A stretch of 63,876 nt of DNA, the filler included, from Candidatus Tectimicrobiota bacterium (lineage in GTDB: Bacteria; JACPSX01): NCBI GenBank assembly GCA_016193065.1. It is 6 parts of 6 records of this genome, joined end to end, with 100 filler letters (N's around TTAATTAATTAA, not from the genome) between each part and the next. Parts side by side here need not be neighbours in the genome. Positions count along the whole stretch, not along the records: positions 15,839 to 25,670 come from JACPSX010000034.1; positions 25,771 to 30,069 come from JACPSX010000023.1; positions 30,170 to 59,165 come from JACPSX010000045.1; 3 more parts are not named here. One strand, written 5' to 3'. A model generated the notes under the pieces. It did not search any database, was not told the origin of the DNA, and was given only the letters and a program-made list of their open reading frames with translations. Within the stretch, counting starts at the first letter, position 1. Every line of letters begins with the position of its first letter. Positions 19,721 to 31,850 of the stretch are shown here, in pieces. Made by a program: the position numbers and the translations under genes.

Positions 19721-21281
19721 ATGCTGAAAAGTGGTGCTGAGATTTTTGTGGAATGTCTCAGGCGCTTGGGTGTGCAGGTAATTTTCGGGCACCCGGGTGG
19801 GGTGGTCTTGGGGATCTACGATCAGCTCTACGACGCTGATATGACTCATGTCTTCTGCCGCCATGAACAGGTAGCCGTGCACGCGGCCGACGGCTACGCC
19901 CGGGCCAGCGGCAAGCCCGGGGTCGTTCTTGTCACCTCGGGTCCGGGGGCCACAAACACCGTAACCGGGCTGGCCACTGCCTTTATGGACTCTATCCCCA
20001 TGGTTGTCTTCACCGGGCAGGTTCCCACCGCCCTGGTGGGCAATGATGCCTTTCCGCCCGGTCCCGTGCTTGTCGATCTCCCCAAGGACGTAGTGCAGTT
20101 TACCAAGATCGAGCCGGAGTATCCGGTCCGGGTTGATCTGCGGGGCTATCGTCCTACGGCGGAGTGCGACCTGGCGGCCGTCAAGGAAGGAATCGATTTG
20201 ATCCGGGAGTCGGAGCGGCCGGTGATCTACACCGGAGGAGGGATCAATAGCGCCGATGCCCATCGGGAGCTTTACGAATTCGCGACTCTCCTGGGAGTTC
20301 CCGTTACGACCACCCTTTTGGGGCTTGGTGGCTTCCCTGAAACCCACCCCTTGTCCCTGGGAATGCTGGGCATGCACGGGACCTATTTCGCCAACATGGC
20401 CATGAACGAGGCGGACCTGATCATCGCCGTGGGGGCCCGGTTTGATGACCGGATTACCGGAAAGCTCGATGAGTTTGCCCCCTACGCGAAGATTCTCCAT
20501 CTTGACATCAGCCCGGCCAATATCAACAAGAACGTCTGGGCCGACGTGGCCGTCGTGGGGGATGCCCGGGTTGCCCTCAGGCACTTTATCTCCCTCCTGA
20601 AGGACGTGGATCTGACGGAGCAGAAAAAGCCCTGGGCCGCATGGTTGGAAACCGTGGAGCGCTGGAAGCGGGAAAACTCCGAGCGACTCCGCCATCATGC
20701 CTCAATATCTCGTGGAGCAGATTCGCGAGGCCACCCGGGGAGAGGCGATCGTGGTCACCGGGGTCGGCCAGCATCAGATGTGGGCGGCCCAGTACTACCG
20801 CTTCACCAAGCCCCGGACAATGATCACCTCCGGCGGGCTGGGCACCATGGGCTTCGGTTTCCCCGCGGCGATCGGCGTCCAGATGGCCCGCCCGGACAGC
20901 CTGGTCGTGGTGATTGACGGGGACGGCAGTTTCGAGATGACCCATCAGGACGTGGTCACGGCGGTGAATTACAAGCTCCCCATCAAGGTGGCCATCGTCA
21001 ACAACGGGTATCTGGGAATGGTGCGGCAGTGGCAGGAGCTTTTCTTTAATCGGCGCTATTCCTCCGTTGATTTGAGACCCCAGACCGACTTTGTGAAGCT
21101 GGCGGAAGCATACGGCGCCACGGGCCTCAGGGCCACCCGGCCGCAGGAGGTCCGGCCCACGCTGGAAAAGGCGTTATCCACCGACGGGACCGTGATCATG
21201 GATTTCCAGGTGGCTCGGGAGGCCAACGTGTTCCCCATGATTCCGGCGGGGGCGGCCGCCAAGGACATGCTGCTGGCCTAG
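19721..21281 (+). CDS. ilvB: Acetolactate synthase large subunit; in-frame deletion near 20054 and frameshift near 20688
   Basis: RHEQ, TSGPGATN, GMLGMHG, GARFDDR in one frame; GVGQHQMW, SGGLGTMG, GDGS..NN in another. Confidence 0.93.
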
Positions 21282-21299
21282 GAGGAGCGCGGAGGGATT

Positions 21300-21836
21300 A
21301 TGTCCAGGCGGAACGGGGGGGGAACCCCTCAGGAAACGAAACACACAATTGCTGTGCTCGTTGAGAACAAATTCGGCGTGCTGGCCCGCATCGCAAGCCT
21401 GTTCAGCGGGCGTGGCTACAACATCCACAGCTTGACGGTGGGAGAAACACATGACCCCACCGTCTCCCGGATGACGATTGTCTCCAGCGGCGATGATAAG
21501 ATCATCGAACAGATCCTCAAGCAGCTCGCCCGGCTTGTGGAGGTCATCAAGGTGGAGGATTTGACCCAGGAGAACTTCGTTGATCGGGAGATGGTTTTGG
21601 TGAAAGTAAACGCGCTCACGGAAATGCGCGCCGAGATCCTGCGGATCACCGATATTTTCCGGGGAAACATTGTCGATGTGAGCCAGAGCACCTATACAAT
21701 CGAGGTCACCGGCGATGCCGGCAAAGTGGAGGCCCTGATCAGCCTGCTCAGGCCCATCGGGATCTGCGAAATTGCCCGCACCGGTAAGGTTGCCATGTCA
21801 CGTGGCCTCCACATGCTCCAAGAAGTGGATGTGTAA
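21300..21836 (+). CDS. ilvN: Acetolactate synthase small subunit
   Basis: [28 protein letters not shown]. Confidence 0.96.
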   Translation: MSRRNGGGTPQETKHTIAVLVENKFGVLARIASLFSGRGYNIHSLTVGETHDPTVSRMTIVSSGDDKIIEQILKQLARLVEVIKVEDLTQENFVDREMVLVKVNALTEMRAEILRITDIFRGNIVDVSQSTYTIEVTGDAGKVEALISLLRPIGICEIARTGKVAMSRGLHMLQEVDV

Positions 21837-22964
<1,128 letters not shown>

Positions 22965-22989
22965 GCAGCCGGGCCGGAGGATCTCAGCC

Positions 22990-23652
22990 ATGAAGGGCAG
23001 GGTGGTGCCCATTGCCCCGGACGCCTGGCGTTTTCTCACCCCTCTGGGAACAGCGGGGGCGGTTTTCCTTGCGTTTGGCTGGACAATTCCGGCCGGGCTG
23101 GCAGGGCTGTGCTTCTTTTTTGTCCTCTATTTCTTCCGTGATCCGGAAAGGCAAATTCCCCCTGGCAGCGATCTCCTGCTATCTCCTGCCGATGGCACCG
23201 TGTCCACCGTGGAAAAGGTCCGGGATGCCGGCAGCGGATCTCAGGAGAATTGGCGTGTGGGCATTTTCCTTTCCCTGTTCAACGTCCATGTAAACCGGGT
23301 CCCCGTTCAGGGAAAGGTGATTTCCCTGCACTACCGTCCGGGGAAATTTCTGCCCGCTTATCGCCAGCAGGCCGCCGTGGAGAACGAGCAAAACGTCATC
23401 GTGATTCAGGGGCGCCAGGGCCCTGTGGTCGTCAAGCAAGTCGCGGGGGTTTTGGCTCGCCGGATTGTTTGCTGGGTCCGCCAGGACCAGGATCTGGAGG
23501 CTGGGCAGCGGCTGGGCCTGATTCGCTTCGGCTCCAGAGTTGAGGTGATCCTGCCGGCCTGGATGTCCCTCAACGTCGCCGTGGGAGATCGGGTAAAGGG
23601 AGGGCTGAGCATCCTGGCCCGGATCCCGGAGGACGGCCATGGTCTGGTTTAA
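22990..23652 (+). CDS. psd: Phosphatidylserine decarboxylase proenzyme
   Basis: FFRDPER, SPADG, FNVHVNR, QVAG..ARRI, IRFGSRV. Confidence 0.95.
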   Translation: MKGRVVPIAPDAWRFLTPLGTAGAVFLAFGWTIPAGLAGLCFFFVLYFFRDPERQIPPGSDLLLSPADGTVSTVEKVRDAGSGSQENWRVGIFLSLFNVHVNRVPVQGKVISLHYRPGKFLPAYRQQAAVENEQNVIVIQGRQGPVVVKQVAGVLARRIVCWVRQDQDLEAGQRLGLIRFGSRVEVILPAWMSLNVAVGDRVKGGLSILARIPEDGHGLV

Positions 23653-24559
23653 GAAGAAAGCCCCTGCGGAAGAAAACCGGGTGCCCAGGAAGCTTCATAT
23701 CCCCGAAGGACTCTGGCTCAAGTGCACCCAGTGCCGGGAAATTCTCTACAGCAAGGAACTCGAACGGAACCTGAAGGTGTGCCCCAAGTGCCGGTATCAC
23801 TTCCGTCTTAGCGCCTGGGAGAGGATCGCCACTCTGGCCGATGTGGAGAGCTTTCAGGAGCACGATGCCTACCTGAGTTCGGCGGATCCTCTCCGGTTTA
23901 AGGATTCCCGGCGCTATCGGGATCGTTTGGCGGCTGCCATAAAAGACACGGGATTCCGGGAGGCAGTCGTGTGTGGCACCTGCACCATCGCGGGGAACCC
24001 GGTGGAACTCTGCGTCATGGAGTTTGACTTTATGGCCGGGAGCATGGGCTCGGCGGTGGGGGAGAAAATCACCCGGGCCATCGAAAAAGCCCGGGTCGAG
24101 AGGCGGGCCCTGGTCATCGTGTGCTGCTCGGGGGGCGCCCGCATGCAGGAGGGGATCCTATCCCTGATGCAAATGGCCAAGACGAGCGCGGCCCTGGCCC
24201 GGCTGGGGGAGTCGAGGGTTCCCTATATCTGCATCCTGGCGGATCCCACCACGGGGGGGGTCACGGCCAGCTTTGGGATGCTGGGGGACATCATCATCGC
24301 GGAGCCGGGAGCCTTGATCGGCTTCGCGGGGCCGCGGGTCATCGAACAGACGATCCGGGAAAAACTCCCGGAGGGCTTCCAGCGCGCCGAATTTCTCCTG
24401 GAGCATGGGATGCTGGACATGGTCGTGGAGCGTAAGAACCTGAAGGAAACCGTGGGCAAGCTTGTGTCCCTGCTGGGAGGTCAACCAGCTATTAGCAATC
24501 AGCCAGCAGCGATCACCTTAGGATCCAAAAATAATGAGCATCACGTTCTTAACTCGTAG
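23639..24559 (+). CDS. accD: Acetyl-CoA carboxylase carboxyltransferase beta
   Basis: GLWLKC..C zinc finger, [36 protein letters not shown]. Confidence 0.97.
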   Translation: MVWFKKKAPAEENRVPRKLHIPEGLWLKCTQCREILYSKELERNLKVCPKCRYHFRLSAWERIATLADVESFQEHDAYLSSADPLRFKDSRRYRDRLAAAIKDTGFREAVVCGTCTIAGNPVELCVMEFDFMAGSMGSAVGEKITRAIEKARVERRALVIVCCSGGARMQEGILSLMQMAKTSAALARLGESRVPYICILADPTTGGVTASFGMLGDIIIAEPGALIGFAGPRVIEQTIREKLPEGFQRAEFLLEHGMLDMVVERKNLKETVGKLVSLLGGQPAISNQPAAITLGSKNNEHHVLNS

Positions 24560-24583
24560 TTTTATTCTGAAAACGCCTTGTTC

Positions 24584-24633
24584 ACTCCCTCCCTCACCCT
24601 CCCCCTCAAGGGGAGGATGTGGAAGGGGGGAGT
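24584..24633. repeat. Palindromic repeat, CCCTCACC family
   Basis: actccctccctcaccctcccc-ctcaa-ggggagg..ggaaggggggagt. Confidence 0.7.
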
Positions 24634-24643
24634 TGCCCTTGCG

Positions 24644-24689
24644 AAATCCCCCCTTCCCCCCTTTTTAAAGGGGGGAGGAGGGGGGATTT
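24644..24689. repeat. Palindromic repeat, AAATCCCCC family, second copy
   Basis: aaatcccccc..ccccttt-tt-aaagggg..ggggggattt. Confidence 0.8.
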
Positions 24690-24704
24690 TCATGTGGAGA
24701 AAGC

Positions 24705-25670
24705 ATGTCCTATCCCGAGATCCTGGAATACATTTACAGCCTGCAGAAGTTCGGGATCAAGCTGGGTCTCCAGAACATGCGCTGTTTCCTGGATCTTCTG
24801 GGCCATCCGGAGAGAGACTTCCCCTCCATTCACATTGCCGGCACCAAGGGGAAGGGCTCCACGGCGGCCATGGTCGCTTCCATCCTCAGTGCTCACGGTT
24901 ACCGGGTGGGGCTTTACACCTCCCCCCATCTGCAGAGCTTCACCGAGCGCTTCTCCATCAACGGCCGGGCCATCAGCCAGGAGCGGGTGTGCGGGATTGC
25001 CCGGGAGCTGCAAGCTCTTCTGGACAGGGAACTGCACGACAAACCAGGAGGCGGGGACACCCTCTTCCTGCAATCCATCACCTATTTCGAATTTGTCACG
25101 GCCATGGCCTTCCGCTACTTTTCCACCGAAAAGGTGGATGTGGCCGTGGTCGAGGTGGGACTCGGGGGGCGCCTGGATGCCACCAACGTCGTTGATCCTC
25201 TGCTGTCCGTCATCACGAACATCGACTACGAGCACACCCAGTATCTGGGGGAGACTCTGGAGGCGATTGCCCGGGAAAAGGGGGGGATCATTAAAAAGGG
25301 CCGGCCCGTGGTGAGCGGTGTGGTGCAGTCTGGCCCGGCGCAAGTCATAGAGGAAATCTCCCGGGTCCGGGAGGCGCCCCTGGATCTTCTGGACCGTGAT
25401 TTTGGCGCTGTGTCCGTTCTGGAAACTCCGTTCGTCCAGTACCTTGATTACCGGGAAACCGGCCGCGGCCCTTTAGTAAACCTGCGATTGCCGCTCCTGG
25501 GGGTGCATCAACAGTGGAATGCCGCTCTTGCCCTCCGGGTGTGCTCGATCTTGCCCGCGCTGGGTTTTTCCCTGACGGAATCCGGCCTCCGGGATGGCCT
25601 GGCCTCAACCCGCTGGCCGGGCAGACTCCAGGTGGTCAGGTACCGGCCGGTGCTGATCGTGGACGGTGCC
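24705..25670 (+). CDS. folC: Folylpolyglutamate synthase/dihydrofolate synthase (3' truncated)
   Basis: HIAGTKGKGS, YTSPHL, EVGLGGRLDATN, WPGRLQ, DGA. Confidence 0.96.
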
Positions 25671-25770
25671 NNNNNNNNNNNNNNNNNNNNNNNNNNNNNN
25701 NNNNNNNNNNNNNNTTAATTAATTAANNNNNNNNNNNNNNNNNNNNNNNNNNNNNNNNNNNNNNNNNNNN
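25671..25770. other. Artificial contig linker
   Basis: N44-TTAATTAATTAA-N44. Confidence 0.98.
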
Positions 25771-25916
25771 ATAAGATCAGCCACGCCCACAACGTGACCA
25801 ACCGGCGCTGGCTCCCCAACATCCGCAAGATGAAGGTGAGACTGAAAGGGGTGGTACGCCGGGTCTACGTCTGCACCCGCTGCCTGCGTAGCGGCAAGGT
25901 GGAGAAGGTGGCCTAA
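25771..25916 (+). CDS. rpmB: 50S ribosomal protein L28 (5' truncated)
   Basis: Manual translation KISHAHNVTNRRWLPNIRKMKV..RVYVCTRCLRSGKV; not in the ORF track. Confidence 0.93.
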
Positions 25917-26027
25917 CCCCCCTCCCTTTCCCCCGGGCGGGATCCGCCTTCCCTTCATCTTTCCCGGGCAGAATCATTCACTGTCCGCAGAGTCCAGAAA
26001 AAGAGTGAGAAAAGACTCCAGCCCAGT

Positions 26028-28226
26028 TCAGGCCTGGCTGCGCCGGGGGCGGATCCGGGTCTGAGGCAGGTCCCGGACCCTTTCAACCCGCAGGACTCCC
26101 TTCACCTCCTGGATCGCCCGCATGACTTGTTCCAAATGGGCCAGATCGTAAATCTCCACCACGAAATCAAGAAAGCCCTTCTTCTCCTCGGTTGTGTAAA
26201 TGTTGGCCTGGCTGATGTTCGCATTACAGGCGGAGATCGCTGCGGAGATCAGCGCCAGCATCCCCGGCTTGTCGACGTTGGTGACGGCAATCTTCACGGG
26301 ATGGGGGACGGTTTTCTCCACGTCCCACTCCACGGAGATCTTCCGGGCAGGATCATACTCCAAGCCCGCCACATCGGGGCAGTCCTCCGTGTGGATGGAA
26401 ACACCACGCCCGCGAGTGATGAAGCCGACGATCTTGTCCCCGGGGACCGGATTGCAGCATTTGGCGTAGCGGATGAGAATGTCGTCCGCTCCACCCACCT
26501 TGACTCCGTCCCCGGCGCTCTTCTGGGCCACCTTTTCCACAGCCCGCCGCAGGGAGGCGTCATCGCGCCGCCGGCGCTCCTCAATCTTCTCGGGCGGCAC
26601 CAGGGCGTTCACCACCTGCTGCACGGAAACCTTGCCGTAGCCCACGGACGCCAGCAGGTCCTCCGCGCTCTGAAAGCCCAGACTGCCGGCCAGCGGTCCC
26701 ATCTCTTCCCGCAGCTTCTGGGGTTTGGGCATGGGGATGTTGTAGCGCTTGAGCTCTTTTTCCAGGATCTCCCGTCCCAGGGAGATGCTGCGCTCCTTTT
26801 CCTGGGCATTAATGAAGGCCTTGATCTTGGCCCGGGCCCGGGAGGACTTCACGAACTTCAACCAGTCCCGGCTGGGGACATGATTGGTCGTGGTGAGGAT
26901 CTCCACGATGTCCCCGTTCTCGAGCTGGTAGCGCAAAGGGACCAGCTTGCCGTTTACCTTGGCCCCCACGCAGCGGTGGCCGATGTCCGTGTGAATGGTG
27001 TAGGCAAAATCCACGGGAGTTGAGCCAGTGGGCAGGTTCTTGACGTCCCCCTTGGGCGTAAAGACGTAAACCTCCTCGGGGAACAGGTCGACCTTCACAT
27101 TTCGCATGAACTCCCGGGGGTCCTGCAGGTCCTGTTGCCATTCGAGCAGGTGCCGCAACCAGGTGAAGCGTGCGTCGTATTCTCCCCTTTTTCCCCCCTC
27201 TTTATATCTCCAGTGGGCGGCAATCCCCTCTTCAGCCGTCTGATGCATCTCCTCCGTGCGGATCTGGAACTCCACCCTCTCTCCGGCCGGCCCCATAATG
27301 GTCGTGTGCAGCGATTGGTACATGTTGGATTTGGGCATGGCGATGTAGTCTTTGACTTTCCCTGGAATCGGCTTCCATAGAGAATGGATGATCCCGAGAA
27401 TCGCGTAGCAGTTTCGCACGGAATCGGTGATGATCCGCAAGGCCTGAAGGTCGTAGACTTCGTCAAAGCTGATGTTCTGATTGAGCATCTTGTGATAGAT
27501 GCTGAAGAAATGCTTGGGCCGCCCCTCAATGCTCCCCGAAATCCCCGCCTTTTCCAGTTCGCGGCAGATGATCGAGCGCACCTCCTGAATATACTTTTCC
27601 CGCTCCCCCAGCCCCTTGGCCACCCGCATGGAGAGGTCGGCGTAGACTTTGGGATGGAGGTAGCGGAAGGCGGTATCTTCCAGCTCCATCTTGACCCAGC
27701 CGATTCCCAGGCGATTCGCGATGGGGGCGTAAATATCGAAGGTTTCCTGGGCAATCCGGCGCTGTTTTTCAACGCTCAAGTGCTCCAGGGTGCGCATGTT
27801 GTGCATCCGGTCCCCGAGCTTGATGATCACGACCCGGATATCCTTGGCCATGGCCAGGATCATCTTGCGCACGTTTTCAGCCTGCTGGTGCTCGGAGCTG
27901 GCAAACTGCATCTTGCTGATCTTCGTGACGCCGTCCACCAGCTCCACCATCTCCTCACCGAAGACTTCCCGGATTTCCTCCAGGGTCGTGTAGGTATCTT
28001 CCACCGTATCGTGGAGAAGTCCCGCGGCTACCGTCGTCGAGTCCATTTTGAGTTGGGCCAGGATATAGGCCACTTCCATGGGGTGAGAAAGGTACGGGCT
28101 GCCCGAGAGACGGACCTGGCCTCTGTGGACTTTGGCGGAGAACACATAAGCCTTCCAGATAATGTCCACGTCGGCCTTGGGATTGTAGGAGTGGACTTTT
28201 TCGGTGAGGTCTTCCAGACGAATCAT
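26028..28226 (-). CDS. relA: Bifunctional (p)ppGpp synthetase/hydrolase Rel
   Basis: LLHDTVED (HD intact), DRMHNMRTL, KDYIAMPK..YQSLHT, EFQIRT, TGS, CCNP, ACT. Confidence 0.96.
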   Translation of the reverse strand: MIRLEDLTEKVHSYNPKADVDIIWKAYVFSAKVHRGQVRLSGSPYLSHPMEVAYILAQLKMDSTTVAAGLLHDTVEDTYTTLEEIREVFGEEMVELVDGVTKISKMQFASSEHQQAENVRKMILAMAKDIRVVIIKLGDRMHNMRTLEHLSVEKQRRIAQETFDIYAPIANRLGIGWVKMELEDTAFRYLHPKVYADLSMRVAKGLGEREKYIQEVRSIICRELEKAGISGSIEGRPKHFFSIYHKMLNQNISFDEVYDLQALRIITDSVRNCYAILGIIHSLWKPIPGKVKDYIAMPKSNMYQSLHTTIMGPAGERVEFQIRTEEMHQTAEEGIAAHWRYKEGGKRGEYDARFTWLRHLLEWQQDLQDPREFMRNVKVDLFPEEVYVFTPKGDVKNLPTGSTPVDFAYTIHTDIGHRCVGAKVNGKLVPLRYQLENGDIVEILTTTNHVPSRDWLKFVKSSRARAKIKAFINAQEKERSISLGREILEKELKRYNIPMPKPQKLREEMGPLAGSLGFQSAEDLLASVGYGKVSVQQVVNALVPPEKIEERRRRDDASLRRAVEKVAQKSAGDGVKVGGADDILIRYAKCCNPVPGDKIVGFITRGRGVSIHTEDCPDVAGLEYDPARKISVEWDVEKTVPHPVKIAVTNVDKPGMLALISAAISACNANISQANIYTTEEKKGFLDFVVEIYDLAHLEQVMRAIQEVKGVLRVERVRDLPQTRIRPRRSQA

Positions 28227-28256
28227 GAAAGATCAACTGCCTTTTTCGAAGACCGC

Positions 28257-28448
28257 TTAAGTCTCCTTGGAATCATGATCCATCCGTTTGGGTGTGACGT
28301 CAATTTCGTCTTCTCCTTTTCGGGCCCGATTAAAGTTCTTCAAACCTTTCCCTAAATCCCTGCCGAGCTGTGGAACCCGACCCACGCCGAAAACCAGCAG
28401 GACAATGATCAACACCACCACGAGCTCTGTCAAACCAAGCCCAAACAT
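28257..28448 (-). CDS. tatA: Twin-arginine translocase TatA/E
   Basis: [24 protein letters not shown]. Confidence 0.92.
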   Translation of the reverse strand: MFGLGLTELVVVLIIVLLVFGVGRVPQLGRDLGKGLKNFNRARKGEDEIDVTPKRMDHDSKET

Positions 28449-28476
28449 AATATTATCCTATACTTACACACGGCTT

Positions 28477-28506
28477 ATTATAGAAGCCTGGTAGCGAGAG
28501 TGTCAA
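28477..28506 (-). promoter_or_regulatory. Consensus sigma70 promoter for tatA-rel
   Basis: Minus strand TTGACA (28506-28501)-N18-TATAAT (28482-28477). Confidence 0.8.
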
Positions 28507-28568
28507 GGCAGGGAGTTGTTCTTGCCAACCTGCAGTTTGCGACCGACGAATTGCTACCCTCCTCAGAC

Positions 28569-28614
28569 CCTCGGGGGCGCCCCTTAAGGGTCCGCTGCGG
28601 GAGGCGGCCCCCTT
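28569..28614. repeat. Possible internally deleted copy of the 4943/37510 repeat
   Basis: cctcgggggcgcccctt...ctgcgggaggcggccccct resembles both termini. Confidence 0.4.
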
Positions 28615-28732
28615 GCTATGGATTCACAAAAGCAGGGGTGGCCGAGTGAAGTTTACAAGGAGACTCCCGAAGATTTTCTCGGTGTGACAGTTCTTCCACG
28701 ATGAGCCAAAGTGAAGAAGAGGCTCTGCCCGG

Positions 28733-28761
28733 TTGAAACACGAACCCGCATACGCTATACA
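28733..28761 (+). promoter_or_regulatory. Possible sigma70 promoter
   Basis: TTGAAA-N17-TATACA upstream of the GGAGG RBS. Confidence 0.4.
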
Positions 28762-28792
28762 TACACGCATCTCCACTGGAGGACCGACGACG

Positions 28793-29383
28793 ATGGAGCT
28801 CACCCGCACGGAGCGAAAGCGCCTGCGCCAGGAAAAAGCCAAAGCGGAAATCACGATCCAGAAGCGCAAGCAAGCCCGCAGGAGCCTTCTCAAGAAGGGA
28901 GTCACCGTACTCATCCTCCTTGGCGGGCTCGTTCTGGTCGGCCACCTACTCCTTCGGGACGCTCTCTGGGGAGGTCCGGGAACCAGGTATCCGAACCAGG
29001 GCAACCTCCACATCTCGTCCGTCGAGATTCCCCATCTTCCTTACAACTCCGATCCCCCCACATCGGGGCCCCATGTCCCCTATCTGGCCTCGTGGGGAGT
29101 GCACCGCGCGCCAATCCCTCCCGAGGTGCAGGTTCACAACCTGGAAGATGGGGGGGTCCTGATTCAGTATAACTGCCGCGATTGTGACTCTCTGGTCGCC
29201 GAACTGGAGAAGATCGCTGCCGAATTTAAAGAAGGGGTCATTGTAGCCCCTTATCCGACCATGAAGTTCAAGATCGCGCTGACAGCCTGGGGCCGTTTGG
29301 AGACCCTGGAGCGTCTGGATCCGGCTAAGATCCGGGAGTTCATCAAGACCTACCGGGGAATCGACCACCACGTTCCCGGATAA
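28793..29383 (+). CDS. DUF3105 domain membrane-anchored protein
   Basis: YNSDPPTSGPH, VHNLEDGGVLIQY, IALTAWG; one TM helix. Confidence 0.9.
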   Translation: MELTRTERKRLRQEKAKAEITIQKRKQARRSLLKKGVTVLILLGGLVLVGHLLLRDALWGGPGTRYPNQGNLHISSVEIPHLPYNSDPPTSGPHVPYLASWGVHRAPIPPEVQVHNLEDGGVLIQYNCRDCDSLVAELEKIAAEFKEGVIVAPYPTMKFKIALTAWGRLETLERLDPAKIREFIKTYRGIDHHVPG

Positions 29384-29422
29384 GAAGCAAGCGTACAGCA
29401 TGACCCGCGGTCAGGAGAAAAG

Positions 29423-30069
29423 ATGAAACTGGCGATCTTTGATGAGTACCGGTTGGGGCTGGTGGCCGGGAAAGAAATGGTCGATGTCACGGAGGTGCTC
29501 CCCTATTATGATCCGGGATACGCCGCCAACTTCTGGCTCCGAATGTGCCGCGACTTTGAAGCTCTGCGACCCCGCATTGAGAAGGCCTCGCGGGAAGGTC
29601 TCCGCAAGCCTCTGGACAGGGTCCGGCTGCGCGCCCCCGTCCTCAACCCCTCGAAGATCATTGCGGCTGCCTCCAACTACCGGGAACACGTGGCTGAAAT
29701 GGCTTCCCGGACGGGCGCTCACACTTGGCTTCTCGACTTTGACGTGTTCCTGAAAGCTCCCAGTTCGATCATCGGTCCCGGCGACACTCTGGCGCTGCCC
29801 GATCTTCCCGGACGGGAAATCCATCACGAGTCGGAGTTGGCCCTGGTGATCGGGAAAGGCGGCAAGAGCATCCCCGAGTCCGAGGCCCTCTCCTGTGTCT
29901 TGGGTTACACGATTCTCATCGACGTGACGCTCCGGGGGGAGGGGGACCGCTCGCACCGGAAATCCTACGACGGTTTCACACCCATGGGACCCTGGTTGGT
30001 CAGCGCAGACGAAGTTGACGACCCCCAGGCTCTGGACATCCAGTTGTGGGTGAACGGCACCCTCAAGCA
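29423..30069 (+). CDS. Fumarylacetoacetate hydrolase family protein (3' truncated)
   Basis: NYREH, FLKAPSSIIGP, HHESELALVIGK, KSYDGFTPMGP. Confidence 0.93.
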
Positions 30070-30169
30070 NNNNNNNNNNNNNNNNNNNNNNNNNNNNNNN
30101 NNNNNNNNNNNNNTTAATTAATTAANNNNNNNNNNNNNNNNNNNNNNNNNNNNNNNNNNNNNNNNNNNN
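30070..30169. other. Artificial contig linker
   Basis: N44-TTAATTAATTAA-N44. Confidence 0.98.
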
Positions 30170-30270
30170 TCGACCCCCGGGCTTTTCTGTACGACCCGAT
30201 CATCCGGAAGATTCAGCAGAGCAGTTTTCCCGAGGAACTCGACCGTCTCTACCCGGGAACCCGGCGGTAA
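30170..30270 (+). CDS. 3' end of a probable ABC substrate-binding protein (SsuA/NMT1-like tail)
   Basis: DPRAFLYDPIIRKIQQSSFPEELDRLYPGTRR*; only about 33 aa visible. Confidence 0.4.
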
Positions 30271-30349
30271 GCCTTATGGTCGATTTTTTCCGGGCGGCTT
30301 GATCCCTGTTGACCGCTGAGGGAGCTTTGCACAGAGGGGCGGACGGAAA

Positions 30350-30655
30350 GTGCAGGTTAAAGTCACTTTCTTCGGCGTAATCCGGGACCTGGTGGGAAAC
30401 TCTCCTTCCGTGGCGCTGGATGTGCGCGACGGCTGCACCTTGAAAGAGCTCCTGGGCGTTCTGTGCCAGCGCTACGGCCCTGATTTTGGCGCCGGCTTGA
30501 TGCGGGACGACGGCGGCGTCCAGCCTTTCGTGAACATTGTGCTGAACGGAAAGACGGCGGACAGTTTCAACCTCGAGGTACCCCTGAGCGGAAACATCGA
30601 TGCCTGTCAGCAGGTGGACATTTTCATCATACCGGCTTTTTGCGGAGGGCAATGA
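30350..30655 (+). CDS. MoaD/ThiS family ubiquitin-like protein
   Basis: MQVKVTFFG.IR, TLKELL, VNIVLNG, C-terminus IIPAFCGGQ. Confidence 0.85.
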   Translation: MQVKVTFFGVIRDLVGNSPSVALDVRDGCTLKELLGVLCQRYGPDFGAGLMRDDGGVQPFVNIVLNGKTADSFNLEVPLSGNIDACQQVDIFIIPAFCGGQ

Positions 30656-30688
30656 TTCGCGTGAAGCAGTATTCAAAAGATGACTTGT

Positions 30689-30725
30689 CCACCCCCACCC
30701 TTTCCCTCCCTTCAAGGGGGAGGGA
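30689..30725. repeat. Palindromic repeat, CCCTCACC family (left half)
   Basis: ccacccccaccctt-tccctccc-ttcaa-gggggaggga. Confidence 0.6.
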
Positions 30726-30777
30726 TATTGATTGAAGCTCACGTCGGGAACAGCATCGTCTCTCGGAGGAGGACCCC

Positions 30778-31809
30778 ATGAAACGGAGATGCTTTTTCTT
30801 TAGCTGCTTGTGGCCTTCCATACCTCTCATCGCCCTGATGATCGCGCTTCCACCAGCGGTGTCCTGGACGGCCAGCACGCCGGCACAAATCGGCATCGGC
30901 ACCAACCGGGTGGGACTCGCGTATCACGCGGCCGGGGTGGGAATCGCCAAGGTGATCAGCGAAAAGTCCCCCATGAAGGTCCTGGTGAAGCCTTTCGCGG
31001 GTCCCAATGCGTGGATGCCGCTGCTGGACTCCGGGGAATTGGAATTAGGACTGATCTCCGGGACGGATGCCGGATGGGCCTTCACAATGGGCCCGGGCTT
31101 TCCACGCCAGAACAAGAACCTGCGGGTCTTGATGAGAGGCAACATGATCGACTTCATCGTGGTGGTAAAAGCCAGCTCCGACTTCCGGAAAGTGAGCGAC
31201 CTCAAAGCGCGGAGGGTGACAAGCGATTACGGGGGAAACGTGGTTGTAAAACAGATCGTAGAGGCCTACCTGGCCTCGGCCGGCCTCGGATGGGATGACG
31301 TAAAGCGGGTCCCGGTGCCGGATATCGCGGCTGGATTGCAGGCCCTGCGGGAAGGCCGAGTGGACGCCGCCTTTGGCGGAGGCCCCGTGACCGGAGCCCT
31401 AAGGGAACTGGATGCCGCGATTCCTGTGAGGGCTCTCCCCTTCGAGCTCTCTGCCGCGACCCTGGCGAAAGCTCGGGAGCTTTTGCCCAGCGCCAGACCC
31501 GTGCTCATCAAGAAGGGGACCGGGATCCTCAGAGAGGATATCCAGGCCCTCGAATATCCCATTTTCCTTGTCGCCTCGGCCAAGCTCGCCGAGAACACCG
31601 CCTACGAAGTCGTCAAGGCCCTGTGGGAAAACTACAAGGACCTCCACCCCATCCACCCCTGGCTGAAGGGCTGGATTCCGGAGGAGATGTTCGATCCCGA
31701 TCCCCCGGCGCCGTATCACCCCGGGGCCGTGAAATTCTATAGAGAAAAAAATCTGTGGAGTGCGGAAGCCCAGAAAAACCAAACGGAATTAATCGGGGCT
31801 GCGAAATAA
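30778..31809 (+). CDS. TAXI-family TRAP solute-binding protein 1
   Basis: Signal peptide, GIAKVIS, DLKARRV, EGRVDA, PYHPGAVKFYRE. Confidence 0.92.
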   Translation: MKRRCFFFSCLWPSIPLIALMIALPPAVSWTASTPAQIGIGTNRVGLAYHAAGVGIAKVISEKSPMKVLVKPFAGPNAWMPLLDSGELELGLISGTDAGWAFTMGPGFPRQNKNLRVLMRGNMIDFIVVVKASSDFRKVSDLKARRVTSDYGGNVVVKQIVEAYLASAGLGWDDVKRVPVPDIAAGLQALREGRVDAAFGGGPVTGALRELDAAIPVRALPFELSAATLAKARELLPSARPVLIKKGTGILREDIQALEYPIFLVASAKLAENTAYEVVKALWENYKDLHPIHPWLKGWIPEEMFDPDPPAPYHPGAVKFYREKNLWSAEAQKNQTELIGAAK

Positions 31810-31850
31810 AGAATTCCGCCGCGGCGCACCCTGAAAACCCGGGTAATTTT

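Noticed and set aside
24486-24510. Short AGC-rich repeats in the accD tail
   Set aside because: Too short and degenerate to call; at most a low-complexity C-terminal extension
28631-28700. tRNA-like start GCAGGGGTGGCCGAGTG
   Set aside because: No T-loop GTTCRA and no matching acceptor stem
29423-30655. FAH hydrolase as part of the catabolic island
   Set aside because: Separated by an artificial linker; adjacency is not evidence
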